From IMG/VR virus record IMGVR_UViG_3300022555_000046: 64,000 nt of DNA; one strand, written 5' to 3'. The DNA is from a virus. The notes below the pieces were generated by a model. That model had not been told where the DNA came from. It saw only the letters and a list, made by a program, of their open reading frames with translations, and ran no database searches. The position numbers and the translations under genes were made by a program. Below are positions 1 through 7,646 of this stretch, piece by piece (positions within the stretch are counted from its first letter, which is position 1; every line of letters begins with the position of its first letter).

Positions 1-823
1 TTACCTTGACATCTTCCACTGCTGTTTTCCATGCCTCGGAGAACGTGGCGAACTCAAAATCCAAGCGATGTTCCAGATAGGCGGGATTCTTCATCCCGGC
101 CATCAATAGCTTGATCATGTCTGGGTCCTTGCACTGTGCCCATCCCTTGGAGATGATCCATCTCATACGCCAGTCCCCGACCAAAACACGGCTTTCGTTG
201 ATTGGGAATTCAGGGGCGTCATAGTTGAAAAGACTTTTCTGCTTGGGGTCGAAAAAGCAAAGAATGCCTTTTCTGAAAAGTCTCAGGCCATCCATTGTCG
301 CAGGGTAAATAGTGATTTCCTCATTCGACTCAAGGGCGTCCTTCCGGTTCATGGTAAAGTAGTTTCCCAGATTGGTGTAAAAGTCAGATGTCTGCTCATT
401 GCACTCAATGAAGAACGAGGTGCATCCCGGGGTGGGACGTGCCAGATCAATGTTGTCAAGCGTGGCACCAGCATCTTCATCAAGGGCATTGCTGTAAATC
501 TCCCTGATTGGGGCAAACATGTTATCCCAGTCGGCTCCTCCCATGTTTGTGGTCATGGATGTTTCTTTGCCGTTGATACAGATAACTTCAAAGGTTTCCC
601 CCTTGAATACGGTGGGGGTGGTGGTAAACTTAATCTCTTCCTTCCCTGAAAATACACGGAAGGACACGTTATTGCGGATCAGGCTGGCGATGGCGTATTT
701 GTTACCAGAGCCATATTTGCCAATTTTAGGGCGATCATCGTCCTGTTTTACTGATGCTCCTATGAGCGAAAAGGCCAGCACGTCAATAAGGCCAGCGGAT
801 TTGATACGGATGAACTTTTTCAT
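1..823 (-). CDS. GHKL-type ATPase-like protein with permuted motif order (partial, runs off window)
   Basis: Not in ORF track (no stop in window). Manual translation from ATG 823: MKKFIRIKSAGLIDVLAFSLIGASVKQDDDRPKIGKYGSGNKYAIASL...PIREIYSNALDEDAG. Contains a G-box (GxYGxGxK) and an N-box (ExxxNAxD). Confidence 0.7.
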   Translation of the reverse strand, partial: MKKFIRIKSAGLIDVLAFSLIGASVKQDDDRPKIGKYGSGNKYAIASLIRNNVSFRVFSGKEEIKFTTTPTVFKGETFEVICINGKETSMTTNMGGADWDNMFAPIREIYSNALDEDAGATLDNIDLARPTPGCTSFFIECNEQTSDFYTNLGNYFTMNRKDALESNEEITIYPATMDGLRLFRKGILCFFDPKQKSLFNYDAPEFPINESRVLVGDWRMRWIISKGWAQCKDPDMIKLLMAGMKNPAYLEHRLDFEFATFSEAWKTAVEDVKV

Positions 824-831
824 TTTGTGGG

Positions 832-897
832 TTTTTGGTGGATAAATTAATTTAGTCCCCGTCCCGCTCCGGTAGCAGGATAAGCGGATTCGGGGGC
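832..897 (-). other. GC-rich intergenic stem-loop
   Basis: Minus strand CCCCG-AA-TCCGCT-TATCCTGCTACCGG-AGCGGGA-CGGGG; shares the 3' CCGGRGCGGGAC with the element at 3248-3300. Confidence 0.4.
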
Positions 898-903
898 ATT
901 GCA

Positions 904-1047
904 TTACTGCTTGACTGGTCGAATGCTGTATGACTTGTTAAAACATTGTTTGGCGTACTGTTTGGCCTTCGCCTTACTTTCAAACATGCCAAAGTCAATC
1001 TCTTTGTACATGGCGTGAAAAATCAACCTGCATTTCTGTGCCTTCAT
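904..1047 (-). CDS. small hypothetical protein (47 aa)
   Basis: Manual ORF MKAQKCRLIFHAMYKEIDFGMFESKAKAKQYAKQCFNKSYSIRPVKQ; ATGA overlap with the upstream stop. Confidence 0.65.
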   Translation of the reverse strand: MKAQKCRLIFHAMYKEIDFGMFESKAKAKQYAKQCFNKSYSIRPVKQ

Positions 1048-1394
1048 TTAACGTCCTCCATTTTAGGGTGAATAATTTCAGATATAGCACAAAGTCCGTC
1101 TATTTTACGATACGACCAGATAGGTCCAGCCTTTGACCCTCCGGTAAGGATTCCAGATATCCCGATTCCTTTTGTCTCTTCGGTTATATCCTTAATCTCT
1201 CCCCGGGTAGCAATAAGCATAGATGGGTTCATGTTGGTGTAAATGTTTGCGTCCGTTACCCCAGACAATAAAAAGTCTGGGGATTCGTGAACAGAGTACT
1301 TTTCAAGAGCCTTAAAGTCATCCCAGTCAGTGACCGTGATAACGATGGCGAGGTGCCCGAATTTTCTGATAAATACGTTGTGCTGTGTAGACAT
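1044..1394 (-). CDS. hypothetical early protein
   Basis: 116 aa ORF, SD AAAGGAGG upstream, in operon. Confidence 0.7.
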   Translation of the reverse strand: MSTQHNVFIRKFGHLAIVITVTDWDDFKALEKYSVHESPDFLLSGVTDANIYTNMNPSMLIATRGEIKDITEETKGIGISGILTGGSKAGPIWSYRKIDGLCAISEIIHPKMEDVK

Positions 1395-1407
1395 TGCTTA
1401 TCCTCCT

Positions 1408-1692
1408 TTAGTTTAAGAATACTTTTGTTTTGATCCAGCTCATTACCTGTCCAGCGTAATAGCTGGAAGTAAGATCATTCAGGAAGTCATCCAGTTTACG
1501 GAAAGCACCGCCATCCCGGGACGCAACCTCGAGACGTGTCCATTCTTTCGCATTGCTCTGGTTGCTGGACCGTCTTGATCCTACTTTGTAGTCCCATTGT
1601 TTGCCGATAACCTTTACGGTCTTGGCTGTTGTTTCAACTGTGATGATGCCGCCTTTGCAGTATTCACCGATCTTCCATGTTTTTGTTGCCAT
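1408..1692 (-). CDS. hypothetical early protein
   Basis: 94 aa ORF, AAGGAG upstream. Confidence 0.7.
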   Translation of the reverse strand: MATKTWKIGEYCKGGIITVETTAKTVKVIGKQWDYKVGSRRSSNQSNAKEWTRLEVASRDGGAFRKLDDFLNDLTSSYYAGQVMSWIKTKVFLN

Positions 1693-1704
1693 TTTTTTGT
1701 CTCC

Positions 1705-2055
1705 TTATTTTGTGTGATAATTTTGGTGCTGATAAATAACGTTACTTTTATCTCTGGACTGTGTTATCTTAACAATACAGTGAGTGAGGATACCGCCACC
1801 GCCCATTGATCTTGCATTGTGGATCAGGAGAGGTATTTTTACCGTACCACAACTCCTGCCGATGGTCCCGGCTACATCGTAAATGTCTCCCCAGTCTTCC
1901 CCGGTCTCTACATTACCCCAGTGAAACCGGACCCGGGTGCGGTTGTTTTTGATGTTTTCAAGAATGTGAATCATTTCATCCGACGTCTCCTCGTTGTAAT
2001 ATGTGTCAGACGATGATACCTTGTACGTTCTGCCGTTGTGTGTTTCTGTTTTCAT
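1705..2055 (-). CDS. conserved phage hypothetical protein
   Basis: 116 aa; GxxWxxxYDVxGxIGRSxGxxKIPLL...GGGxILxxCI pattern recalled from phage proteins of unknown function. Confidence 0.75.
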   Translation of the reverse strand: MKTETHNGRTYKVSSSDTYYNEETSDEMIHILENIKNNRTRVRFHWGNVETGEDWGDIYDVAGTIGRSCGTVKIPLLIHNARSMGGGGILTHCIVKITQSRDKSNVIYQHQNYHTK

Positions 2056-2096
2056 TGCTTTGTGTATTAGGTTATTAATTACGTTAACTATGCCAT

Positions 2097-2179
2097 TTGC
2101 CGTGGGTCCTTGATCCCGTTATCTGTTATCCTGTCGGATTCTTCTGACACTTCTCAGGCGTGGAAAATCTCCACGGCAA
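2097..2179 (-). ncRNA. structured intergenic RNA closed by a 9-bp stem
   Basis: Perfect inverted repeat TTGCCGTGG (2097-2105) / CCACGGCAA (2171-2179) enclosing internal hairpins. Confidence 0.4.
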
Positions 2180-2181
2180 TA

Positions 2182-2235
2182 GTGGGTGGCGGCTCGGGGA
2201 CTCTCCGCTGTATTCCCATTCACCCGGGGTAATTA
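2182..2235 (-). ncRNA. repeated pseudoknot-forming RNA motif, copy A
   Basis: TAATTACCCCGGGTGAATGGGAATACAGCGGAGAGTCCCCGAGCCGCCACCCAC; near-identical to 4146-4200 with two compensatory base-pair changes. Confidence 0.65.
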
Positions 2236-2460
2236 CGAAACCCTCAACTGTCCTGCGGTTCCGTTTGAATAATAAACCTTACCAGTCTGGATATCCAAAA
2301 CCTGATAGTCGTAAAACTCTGGGGATACCTCCCCGTTCCAACTGGTCAGGTTAGAACCTGCACTGCAAGCATCATCCAGTCCTGTAAATGCAGCATGAAA
2401 ATCCCTTACCCCTCCTGCGGGGTAATACTCGAACATGCAGAATAACCAATACCTCTTCAT
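2233..2460 (-). CDS. hypothetical early protein
   Basis: 75 aa ORF on operon strand. Confidence 0.65.
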   Translation of the reverse strand: MKRYWLFCMFEYYPAGGVRDFHAAFTGLDDACSAGSNLTSWNGEVSPEFYDYQVLDIQTGKVYYSNGTAGQLRVS

Positions 2461-2505
2461 GGTACAAAGATTAGGTTATGTGGCAATATTGCCAATTGTT
2501 TTAGT

Positions 2506-2697
2506 TTATTCTTCCTGCTGGTCCAGCACATCGACTGGTGGCGTGTAATCCTTGAACCTCTTGGAGGACGTGTGAAACACGCTCCTTGTTGAGGGATCAA
2601 ACAAACAGGACTCACCAACCCTGATGATCCTTCCGGTCTCAGCACATACGCTCTGCGCCTTACTGGGGACGATTCTGACTTCTTTCTTGATCTTCAT
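2506..2697 (-). CDS. hypothetical early protein (Cys-containing)
   Basis: 63 aa ORF on operon strand. Confidence 0.6.
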   Translation of the reverse strand: MKIKKEVRIVPSKAQSVCAETGRIIRVGESCLFDPSTRSVFHTSSKRFKDYTPPVDVLDQQEE

Positions 2698-2715
2698 AAC
2701 TACTCTTTTAGGGGG

Positions 2716-2961
2716 TTAAAATAAAAATACGTGATACGATAAATTCTTGGTGGCTAATGAATAATAGATGTTTGCGACAATTTTCTTGTCGTTCTGAAGG
2801 GATATCCCGATGGTGGGATTTTCTGGCTCATAGGGCACAATGTCGATGTATCTGGTGCCAAAGAATACCGTTGTGGCTCCGATCTTCAACCAATCATTCT
2901 GAGACAGTCTTTTGGTGATGTATTCTGCCAATTGCTTTGATGTCCTTGGAGGATTTTTCAT
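2716..2961 (-). CDS. hypothetical early protein
   Basis: 81 aa ORF; ATGA overlap with upstream gene. Confidence 0.65.
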   Translation of the reverse strand: MKNPPRTSKQLAEYITKRLSQNDWLKIGATTVFFGTRYIDIVPYEPENPTIGISLQNDKKIVANIYYSLATKNLSYHVFLF

Positions 2962-3230
2962 TGCAGTAAAGATTTGAAACCAGTGTACACATTCTGTCTG
3001 TAAGCATTCGATGCATGGTCCAGCACTGAGGCGGTGAGGATCGAGGTAATAGAGCAGTTCCGTGCCTCGATTTCTGTCAATAATCCTTCAAAGGTGTGCC
3101 CTTTTTTAAGAGCGCAAAGAAGGTCCAGTCTTGATTTAATGGGGGCTGGATTCCATACCCCGGTGACCCTTGCTTGGATGTGGGCATCTGCGATGGCCTT
3201 CACATCCTTCTTGATTCTGTTTTTCGTCAT
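2958..3230 (-). CDS. hypothetical early protein
   Basis: Likely start MTKNRIKK at 3230 after an A-rich leader (track start 3278 falls inside the RNA element). Confidence 0.65.
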   Translation of the reverse strand: MTKNRIKKDVKAIADAHIQARVTGVWNPAPIKSRLDLLCALKKGHTFEGLLTEIEARNCSITSILTASVLDHASNAYRQNVYTGFKSLLQ

Positions 3231-3247
3231 TTTATCAGTATTAAGGT

Positions 3248-3300
3248 TTGTCCCGCCCCGGGTATCGAACCCGGGCAATAGACCAGATCAGCGAGGGGGT
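3248..3300 (-). ncRNA. tRNA-like fragment (acceptor-like stem plus T-arm, no anticodon arm)
   Basis: Minus strand CCTCGCT-GATCTGGTCTATTGC-CCGGG-TTCGATA-CCCGG-GGCGGGA-C. Confidence 0.45.
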
Positions 3301-3302
3301 GA

Positions 3303-3773
3303 TCATTTTACCTGTATTGCAGGCACAACACTTACATTAACATATCCACGGCTGCGAAAACCACCAGCCGCCTTTTCAGCATTAACAGCACTCTGGGACC
3401 ATCCCAGAACGGATCGTTTTATGTTCTTAGCCGCCTTCTCGTACTCGTCAACGTGCTTATTTATTGTTTCTTCAATATACGCTACCCTGTACGGGTTTTT
3501 GGCGATAAACTCATTGCCCTTGTCAATCGTTTCTTGATCGTAGCAACAATGGGATTTGGTCCACTGGAATTGAATATCCACCACAGAGGCATTCGCACAT
3601 TTGTTGTAATAATCCCAGTCTGACCCAAGTCTCTTGATACTGTCAGGAGACTGAGTCATCCTTATGCTTTTCAGATAGTCCCACTCCCCGATAATGGCGT
3701 GGGTATACATTTTAGGGGAAGTCCTTTTTGCTCCCGGGACCTCTTTACAGGTGAAAACGTGTTTCTTTTCCAT
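3303..3773 (-). CDS. hypothetical early protein
   Basis: 156 aa ORF on operon strand. Confidence 0.75.
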   Translation of the reverse strand: MEKKHVFTCKEVPGAKRTSPKMYTHAIIGEWDYLKSIRMTQSPDSIKRLGSDWDYYNKCANASVVDIQFQWTKSHCCYDQETIDKGNEFIAKNPYRVAYIEETINKHVDEYEKAAKNIKRSVLGWSQSAVNAEKAAGGFRSRGYVNVSVVPAIQVK

Positions 3774-3784
3774 TGTCTTCGTTA

Positions 3785-3868
3785 TTAATTATTGAATACC
3801 AGTACGATGATTGTCAGGAGGGTTCCAGCGATAAGCATAAGGATTCCCTCAGTGTGTTTGCCTCTCAT
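3785..3868 (-). CDS. single-TM micropeptide (27 aa)
   Basis: Manual ORF MRGKHTEGILMLIAGTLLTIIVLVFNN; TAATG overlap with upstream stop; fills the operon gap. Confidence 0.55.
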   Translation of the reverse strand: MRGKHTEGILMLIAGTLLTIIVLVFNN

Positions 3869-4104
3869 TATTTGATCGGCTTAAAAGTGTCGGTGATGAT
3901 GTACATGTGTCCGGTCCCTTCCGCTCTTCCTACGAGATTGAACCCGAGGTGGAACAGGTAGTTTTCGGCATCTTCCAGTCCGGTTTCACCGTCACGGGCG
4001 ATCCTTACTGATTGTTTGAAACGCTCAGAGGTGATAATTACTCTTGCTGGCAGGTGTTCCGTTGCTCCAACGGTTCTGACCTTGATAATGTTGAAATTTG
4101 GCAT
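3868..4104 (-). CDS. hypothetical early protein
   Basis: 78 aa ORF after an AC-rich leader. Confidence 0.7.
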   Translation of the reverse strand: MPNFNIIKVRTVGATEHLPARVIITSERFKQSVRIARDGETGLEDAENYLFHLGFNLVGRAEGTGHMYIITDTFKPIK

Positions 4105-4145
4105 GGTTTTGGGTTTTTGAGGTTTGTATTAAGTTGATTAACGTG

Positions 4146-4200
4146 GTGGGCGGTGGATCGGGGACTCTCCACTTGCATTCCCGTTCGCCCGGGGTGATTG
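4146..4200 (-). ncRNA. repeated pseudoknot-forming RNA motif, copy B
   Basis: CAATCACCCCGGGCGAACGGGAATGCAAGTGGAGAGTCCCCGATCCACCGCCCAC; covaries with copy A. Confidence 0.65.
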
Positions 4201-4201
4201 G

Positions 4202-4399
4202 CTATCCTTTAGGATACCCAGTGCCATACTTGTAGTCATTGTTATGCAGCGAAGTGATAAATTTATCATTCGCCTTCTTGCTTTTAAAGATCGCAATACC
4301 AAAAAAGGGCGATCCGTCCCGGTGTGTTGCTACGCCATCATGGGAGTTAACCACGTATTTGGAGCGGCCTACATGCATCATCGTGTTGTACAGTTTCAT
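4202..4399 (-). CDS. hypothetical early protein
   Basis: 65 aa ORF, SD AAAAGGAGG. Confidence 0.7.
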   Translation of the reverse strand: MKLYNTMMHVGRSKYVVNSHDGVATHRDGSPFFGIAIFKSKKANDKFITSLHNNDYKYGTGYPKG

Positions 4400-4413
4400 T
4401 GTTTATCCTCCTT

Positions 4414-4725
4414 TTAAATGAATTGATACCATGTTTCAACTGTTGATACCAGTACACATTCCTGATTGAAGGTGTCCCGAAACCTTTCTGCTATTTCCTT
4501 GGCGGTCAGGCCAGTGATGGCCTTATCCATGTTGATAAAGGAAACAACCAGTGATACTTCCTGAACTTGTTTCCAGTATCCGATCTGTTCTGACACTGAG
4601 AATGCGTGTATTTCGTATTCTGCAAGCATCTTCGCAATTGTTACCTTGGCGGCATCTTTAGCTATTGCATCGCCTTCTTTGGTTGTCATCCCGACAAACC
4701 AGTTGTATTGAATCGCTTTCTTCAT
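4414..4725 (-). CDS. DUF3574 / SAM-lyase-like (PII-type fold) protein, tentative
   Basis: GYWKQVQEVSLVV and IAERFRDTFNQECVL match the G-[YW]-x4-E-x-S...F-x-Q-E-x-V-L pattern. Confidence 0.45.
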   Translation of the reverse strand: MKKAIQYNWFVGMTTKEGDAIAKDAAKVTIAKMLAEYEIHAFSVSEQIGYWKQVQEVSLVVSFINMDKAITGLTAKEIAERFRDTFNQECVLVSTVETWYQFI

Positions 4726-4754
4726 TGTGTGTGGGTTTTAAGGGTTAATACTTG

Positions 4755-4825
4755 TACCTATCTGCTGGAATCGAACCAGCATCCCCGGGGCAAACCCCGG
4801 TGTAATACCGTTATACTAAGAAGGT
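4755..4825 (-). tRNA. degenerate tRNA-like gene (Gln-TTG-derived; 6-nt/tetraloop anticodon arm, bulged acceptor, no CCA)
   Basis: ACCTTCT-TA-GTATAACGGTATTAC-A-CCGGG-GTTTGC-CCCGG-GGAT-GCTGG-TTCGATT-CCAGC-AGATAGGT-A: canonical D and T arms. Confidence 0.7.
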
Positions 4826-5300
4826 CTTCGCAGGATCATTGAAACGGGCACCCAACATACGGGTGATCCTAATCAGTAAGACAACCACCGGACCAACGTG
4901 GAACGGTTAATTTAAGCGGAAACGCTTGTGCCCTCTGCATCATCTGCGGTGGGCTGGAGGCGAATGTCAGGAGTAATGCTGACTTCCGATTATAGTGTCA
5001 CTTAATATGATCAAGTGAACCTGCTACCCTTTATTCTCTGGTGTGAGTCCCCGACTTCACTCATGGTTACTGTTTCTGGATCATTGCACTGACTCACGTC
5101 TGGACACCTGCTGATTCACATCAGGGGGCTTGATCTGGGTTTTCTTGATCCCAGTGTACCGTTGTGACCGTTGTTACTGGGGTGTCAATCTTTCACCGTG
5201 GGAAGGAGGATTTCAGGAAGTCAAAGAACTTAAAGTGGGATCATTCTAAATCACGGGACGAATCCCGGGGGTCAAATGGTGACGCAGTAAATAAAGAACG
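4826..5300 (-). ncRNA. candidate long structured non-coding RNA or leader
   Basis: No credible ORF; many hairpins (CGGGA-TTCG-TCCCG, GTGAGTC/GACTCAC, CACTT/AAGTG, GTCAG/CTGAC, AAGCG/CGCTT, GGATCA/TGATCC) directly downstream of a consensus promoter. Confidence 0.4.
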
Positions 5301-5306
5301 ATGCGG

Positions 5307-5337
5307 CAAAAATAATATGAATAGAGACGCTTGTCAA
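5307..5337 (-). promoter_or_regulatory. early leftward promoter
   Basis: TTGACA-N17-TATTTTTG. Confidence 0.75.
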
Positions 5338-5515
5338 GCATTATCTTTTATTCTGATTCTAAATAAGGAAATACCATGTCAGGAACTGTCAGTAAATACT
5401 ACGATATGTCATCTAATTTAGAATGATAATAAATTTCATACACGACAAAAACAATTATTGTGGCACAGTAGTTGTGTAGGTGTGTGAAATAGATGAAAAA
5501 TATCTCTGGAAACCC

Positions 5516-5546
5516 TTGACAATACTGGTATAATGTTGTATATTTA
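5516..5546 (+). promoter_or_regulatory. rightward promoter
   Basis: TTGACA-N17-TATATTTA. Confidence 0.7.
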
Positions 5547-5636
5547 CAGTCTTATATGGACACAGTCTACGGTCAAATAGACCCTTTTCGACCCCTGTCC
5601 GTTGTAAGGGCGAAAACCTAACAAATTGAGTGTTTT

Positions 5637-5846
5637 ATGTTCATTGAAGGACTGATTGATATAGAATGGCTGAAATCCGCTGGTATCGTGCGTTTCGAGG
5701 ATGAGCCAGAACCAGTGCTTAAGATTAGATCACTGATTTACAAGGCTGATCAACTACGCTGGATTGACTGGGACAATGCAAGGGACGTACAGGAGGCAAG
5801 AAACATCATGGAAAGCAGTGGAGTAGCTTACAGGAGTAGGGGTTGA
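5637..5846 (+). CDS. hypothetical protein
   Basis: 69 aa ORF downstream of the 5516 promoter. Confidence 0.6.
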   Translation: MFIEGLIDIEWLKSAGIVRFEDEPEPVLKIRSLIYKADQLRWIDWDNARDVQEARNIMESSGVAYRSRG

Positions 5847-5871
5847 TGGCTATTGGTGATAGTTAAGCGAT

Positions 5872-6318
5872 TCATACCTGTTGAGCAGGTTTCTTGAGTT
5901 TACGCTGTCGTTTATAAGGTAACATCTCATACCCTTGCATTCTTCCCCGTATACGATCCATTCTCCGATCGAAGGCGGTCCAGAAGGCGTTCATCCAGTT
6001 GTTACCCTCGTGAGTCCATCTATATTGACCTTTGTCCAGATCATTGCTCTTTGTATAGGTTTCCAGATATCCCCGCTCCTTCAGGTCCTTTAATCCACGC
6101 TGGAGGACTGCCCTACAAAAGAAGGTTGAGTAATCAAGGTAGTAGGGACGAAACGCCCGGGCACCTGATCCGGTCCCTAACCACTTCAAAACAACTCCTA
6201 CCTTAAGAACCTCGGGATTCATTCCAGTCTTCCCCTTCCATTGCTCAGTATTCAGCAGGTATAGTTCATATCCTACAAACGTGTACCACAATGCATCCTG
6301 TTGTGAGATATATCCCAT
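5872..6318 (-). CDS. hypothetical protein, possible winged-helix DNA-binding domain
   Basis: LQRGLKDLKERGYLETY...YRWTHEG resembles a wHTH recognition helix and wing. Confidence 0.5.
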   Translation of the reverse strand: MGYISQQDALWYTFVGYELYLLNTEQWKGKTGMNPEVLKVGVVLKWLGTGSGARAFRPYYLDYSTFFCRAVLQRGLKDLKERGYLETYTKSNDLDKGQYRWTHEGNNWMNAFWTAFDRRMDRIRGRMQGYEMLPYKRQRKLKKPAQQV

Positions 6319-6506
6319 GACTCAATCGCTTAAATGCCACTCATGTATTTGTTGAGGCAAAGATACTCATTTCATTGATTGAGAGACATAACCGGGGAAG
6401 AGCAGGTGAACTTTTCTGTGTAAATCTCAGAAAACACTGGAAATCAGCGGCTAATGAGCATCTTTTACCCCTGTTTTACCCTTCTTACACCTTGATTTAC
6501 AGGTAT

Positions 6507-6535
6507 AACATAACACTTCAATTGATATATGTCAA
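6507..6535 (-). promoter_or_regulatory. leftward promoter candidate
   Basis: TTGACA-N17-TATGTT. Confidence 0.45.
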
Positions 6536-6891
6536 TATACAGCCATCTTATGTCGTCTGATAATTAATATTATGTTAAATAGTATTTGGAATGCCACATT
6601 CTGTAAGGGTTACAGCCCCTCCCCTACCCTACCGATGTCAAGGCAATAAACAGCATCTGGGAGGAAAATGGTGATGTTTATGTGCTTGATCTTGTCATCC
6701 AGAGCAGGAAGAAACTGAGTTGAAGAAACCCTTCATATGATCTCTGTAACTTACTGGACCAGAGGTGGGTGGGGGTCGGGAAATCGAGTTTCGGTTTGGG
6801 ATGGCACCCCCCGGGCAACGTCACAGTGACTCCCCAAACATATCCAAACACCCCACCAATATCAGCGACACCTTTTTATATATTTCTATTA

Positions 6892-6937
6892 CTGTTTCTA
6901 TTTCCATATGGGGGACCATATGGCTCTCCATATGGGG
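6892..6937 (-). repeat. triple CATATG repeat with 12-bp period, copy 1
   Basis: CATATG at 6905, 6917, 6929; 38/46 identical to 12382-12427 in inverted orientation. Confidence 0.75.
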
Positions 6938-7646
6938 AATGTATTTTCTATTGTATTGATAATCAATGGTAAAGTGCCAACCCTTCACCGCATGGAGAAA
7001 AGTTGTTTAGCTGTTTCAAACAACCAGACAACCCAGAAGGTGCTGGTAGTGAAACAGATAGCCGGGATGTCAACGAAATCCATTGCGTGAACATGATCAT
7101 TTTCCCGGGATCAGGAAAATGATAACGAGTGTAAGTGCTTGATCTATAACTGTAAAATGCCATCTCTCCACCGTGTGGATAATTTATTTTCGATCTCGTG
7201 TCGGATGTACATATATTGTACGTATATTTGCATTCAGGTTCTGGACCGTTGCTGTTATCGGGCGAGACATGTCGAACCTCACGTTCTTTGAAACCCCCGT
7301 CTGATTGATCAAGACCGACTGATTTCGTGGATTGATCGAAAAGGACCGACCCCCGAAACCGATCCATGAGCCTCGCCAAAGGTTTGTGGCGGGAATGATT
7401 GAGGGGCGGTGGCCTTGGCACGGCACGGGGGTGACAAAGGACATACGAAATCGTTCTTCGTCTCCCGGCAAGGTTCCCAATCTATCTCCCGATCCGGTCC
7501 ATCCCGGGAGTTGAAAGTAGTAGGGGCGAAAAGCCGGGAGAGCGGAACGGTGGGGTCCAATGAAGTCATGGAAAAAAGGAGAGAAACTTACGTTTAGAAG
7601 GAAACTCGCACATATCACAATATCTGAAGAATAGGGAGGAGCCGAA

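Noticed and set aside
2182-4200. Repeated motif or the 3248-3300 element as an HDV-like/theta ribozyme
   Set aside because: Helix order does not fit P1-P2-P3-P1'-P4-P2', and no 3-bp P3 around an L3-like loop could be built.
5105-5125. AATCAGCAGG on the minus strand resembles the group I intron Q element
   Set aside because: No R/S elements (TCAGAGACTA, AAGATATAGTC), no interrupted gene, and the motif sits in its own local hairpin.
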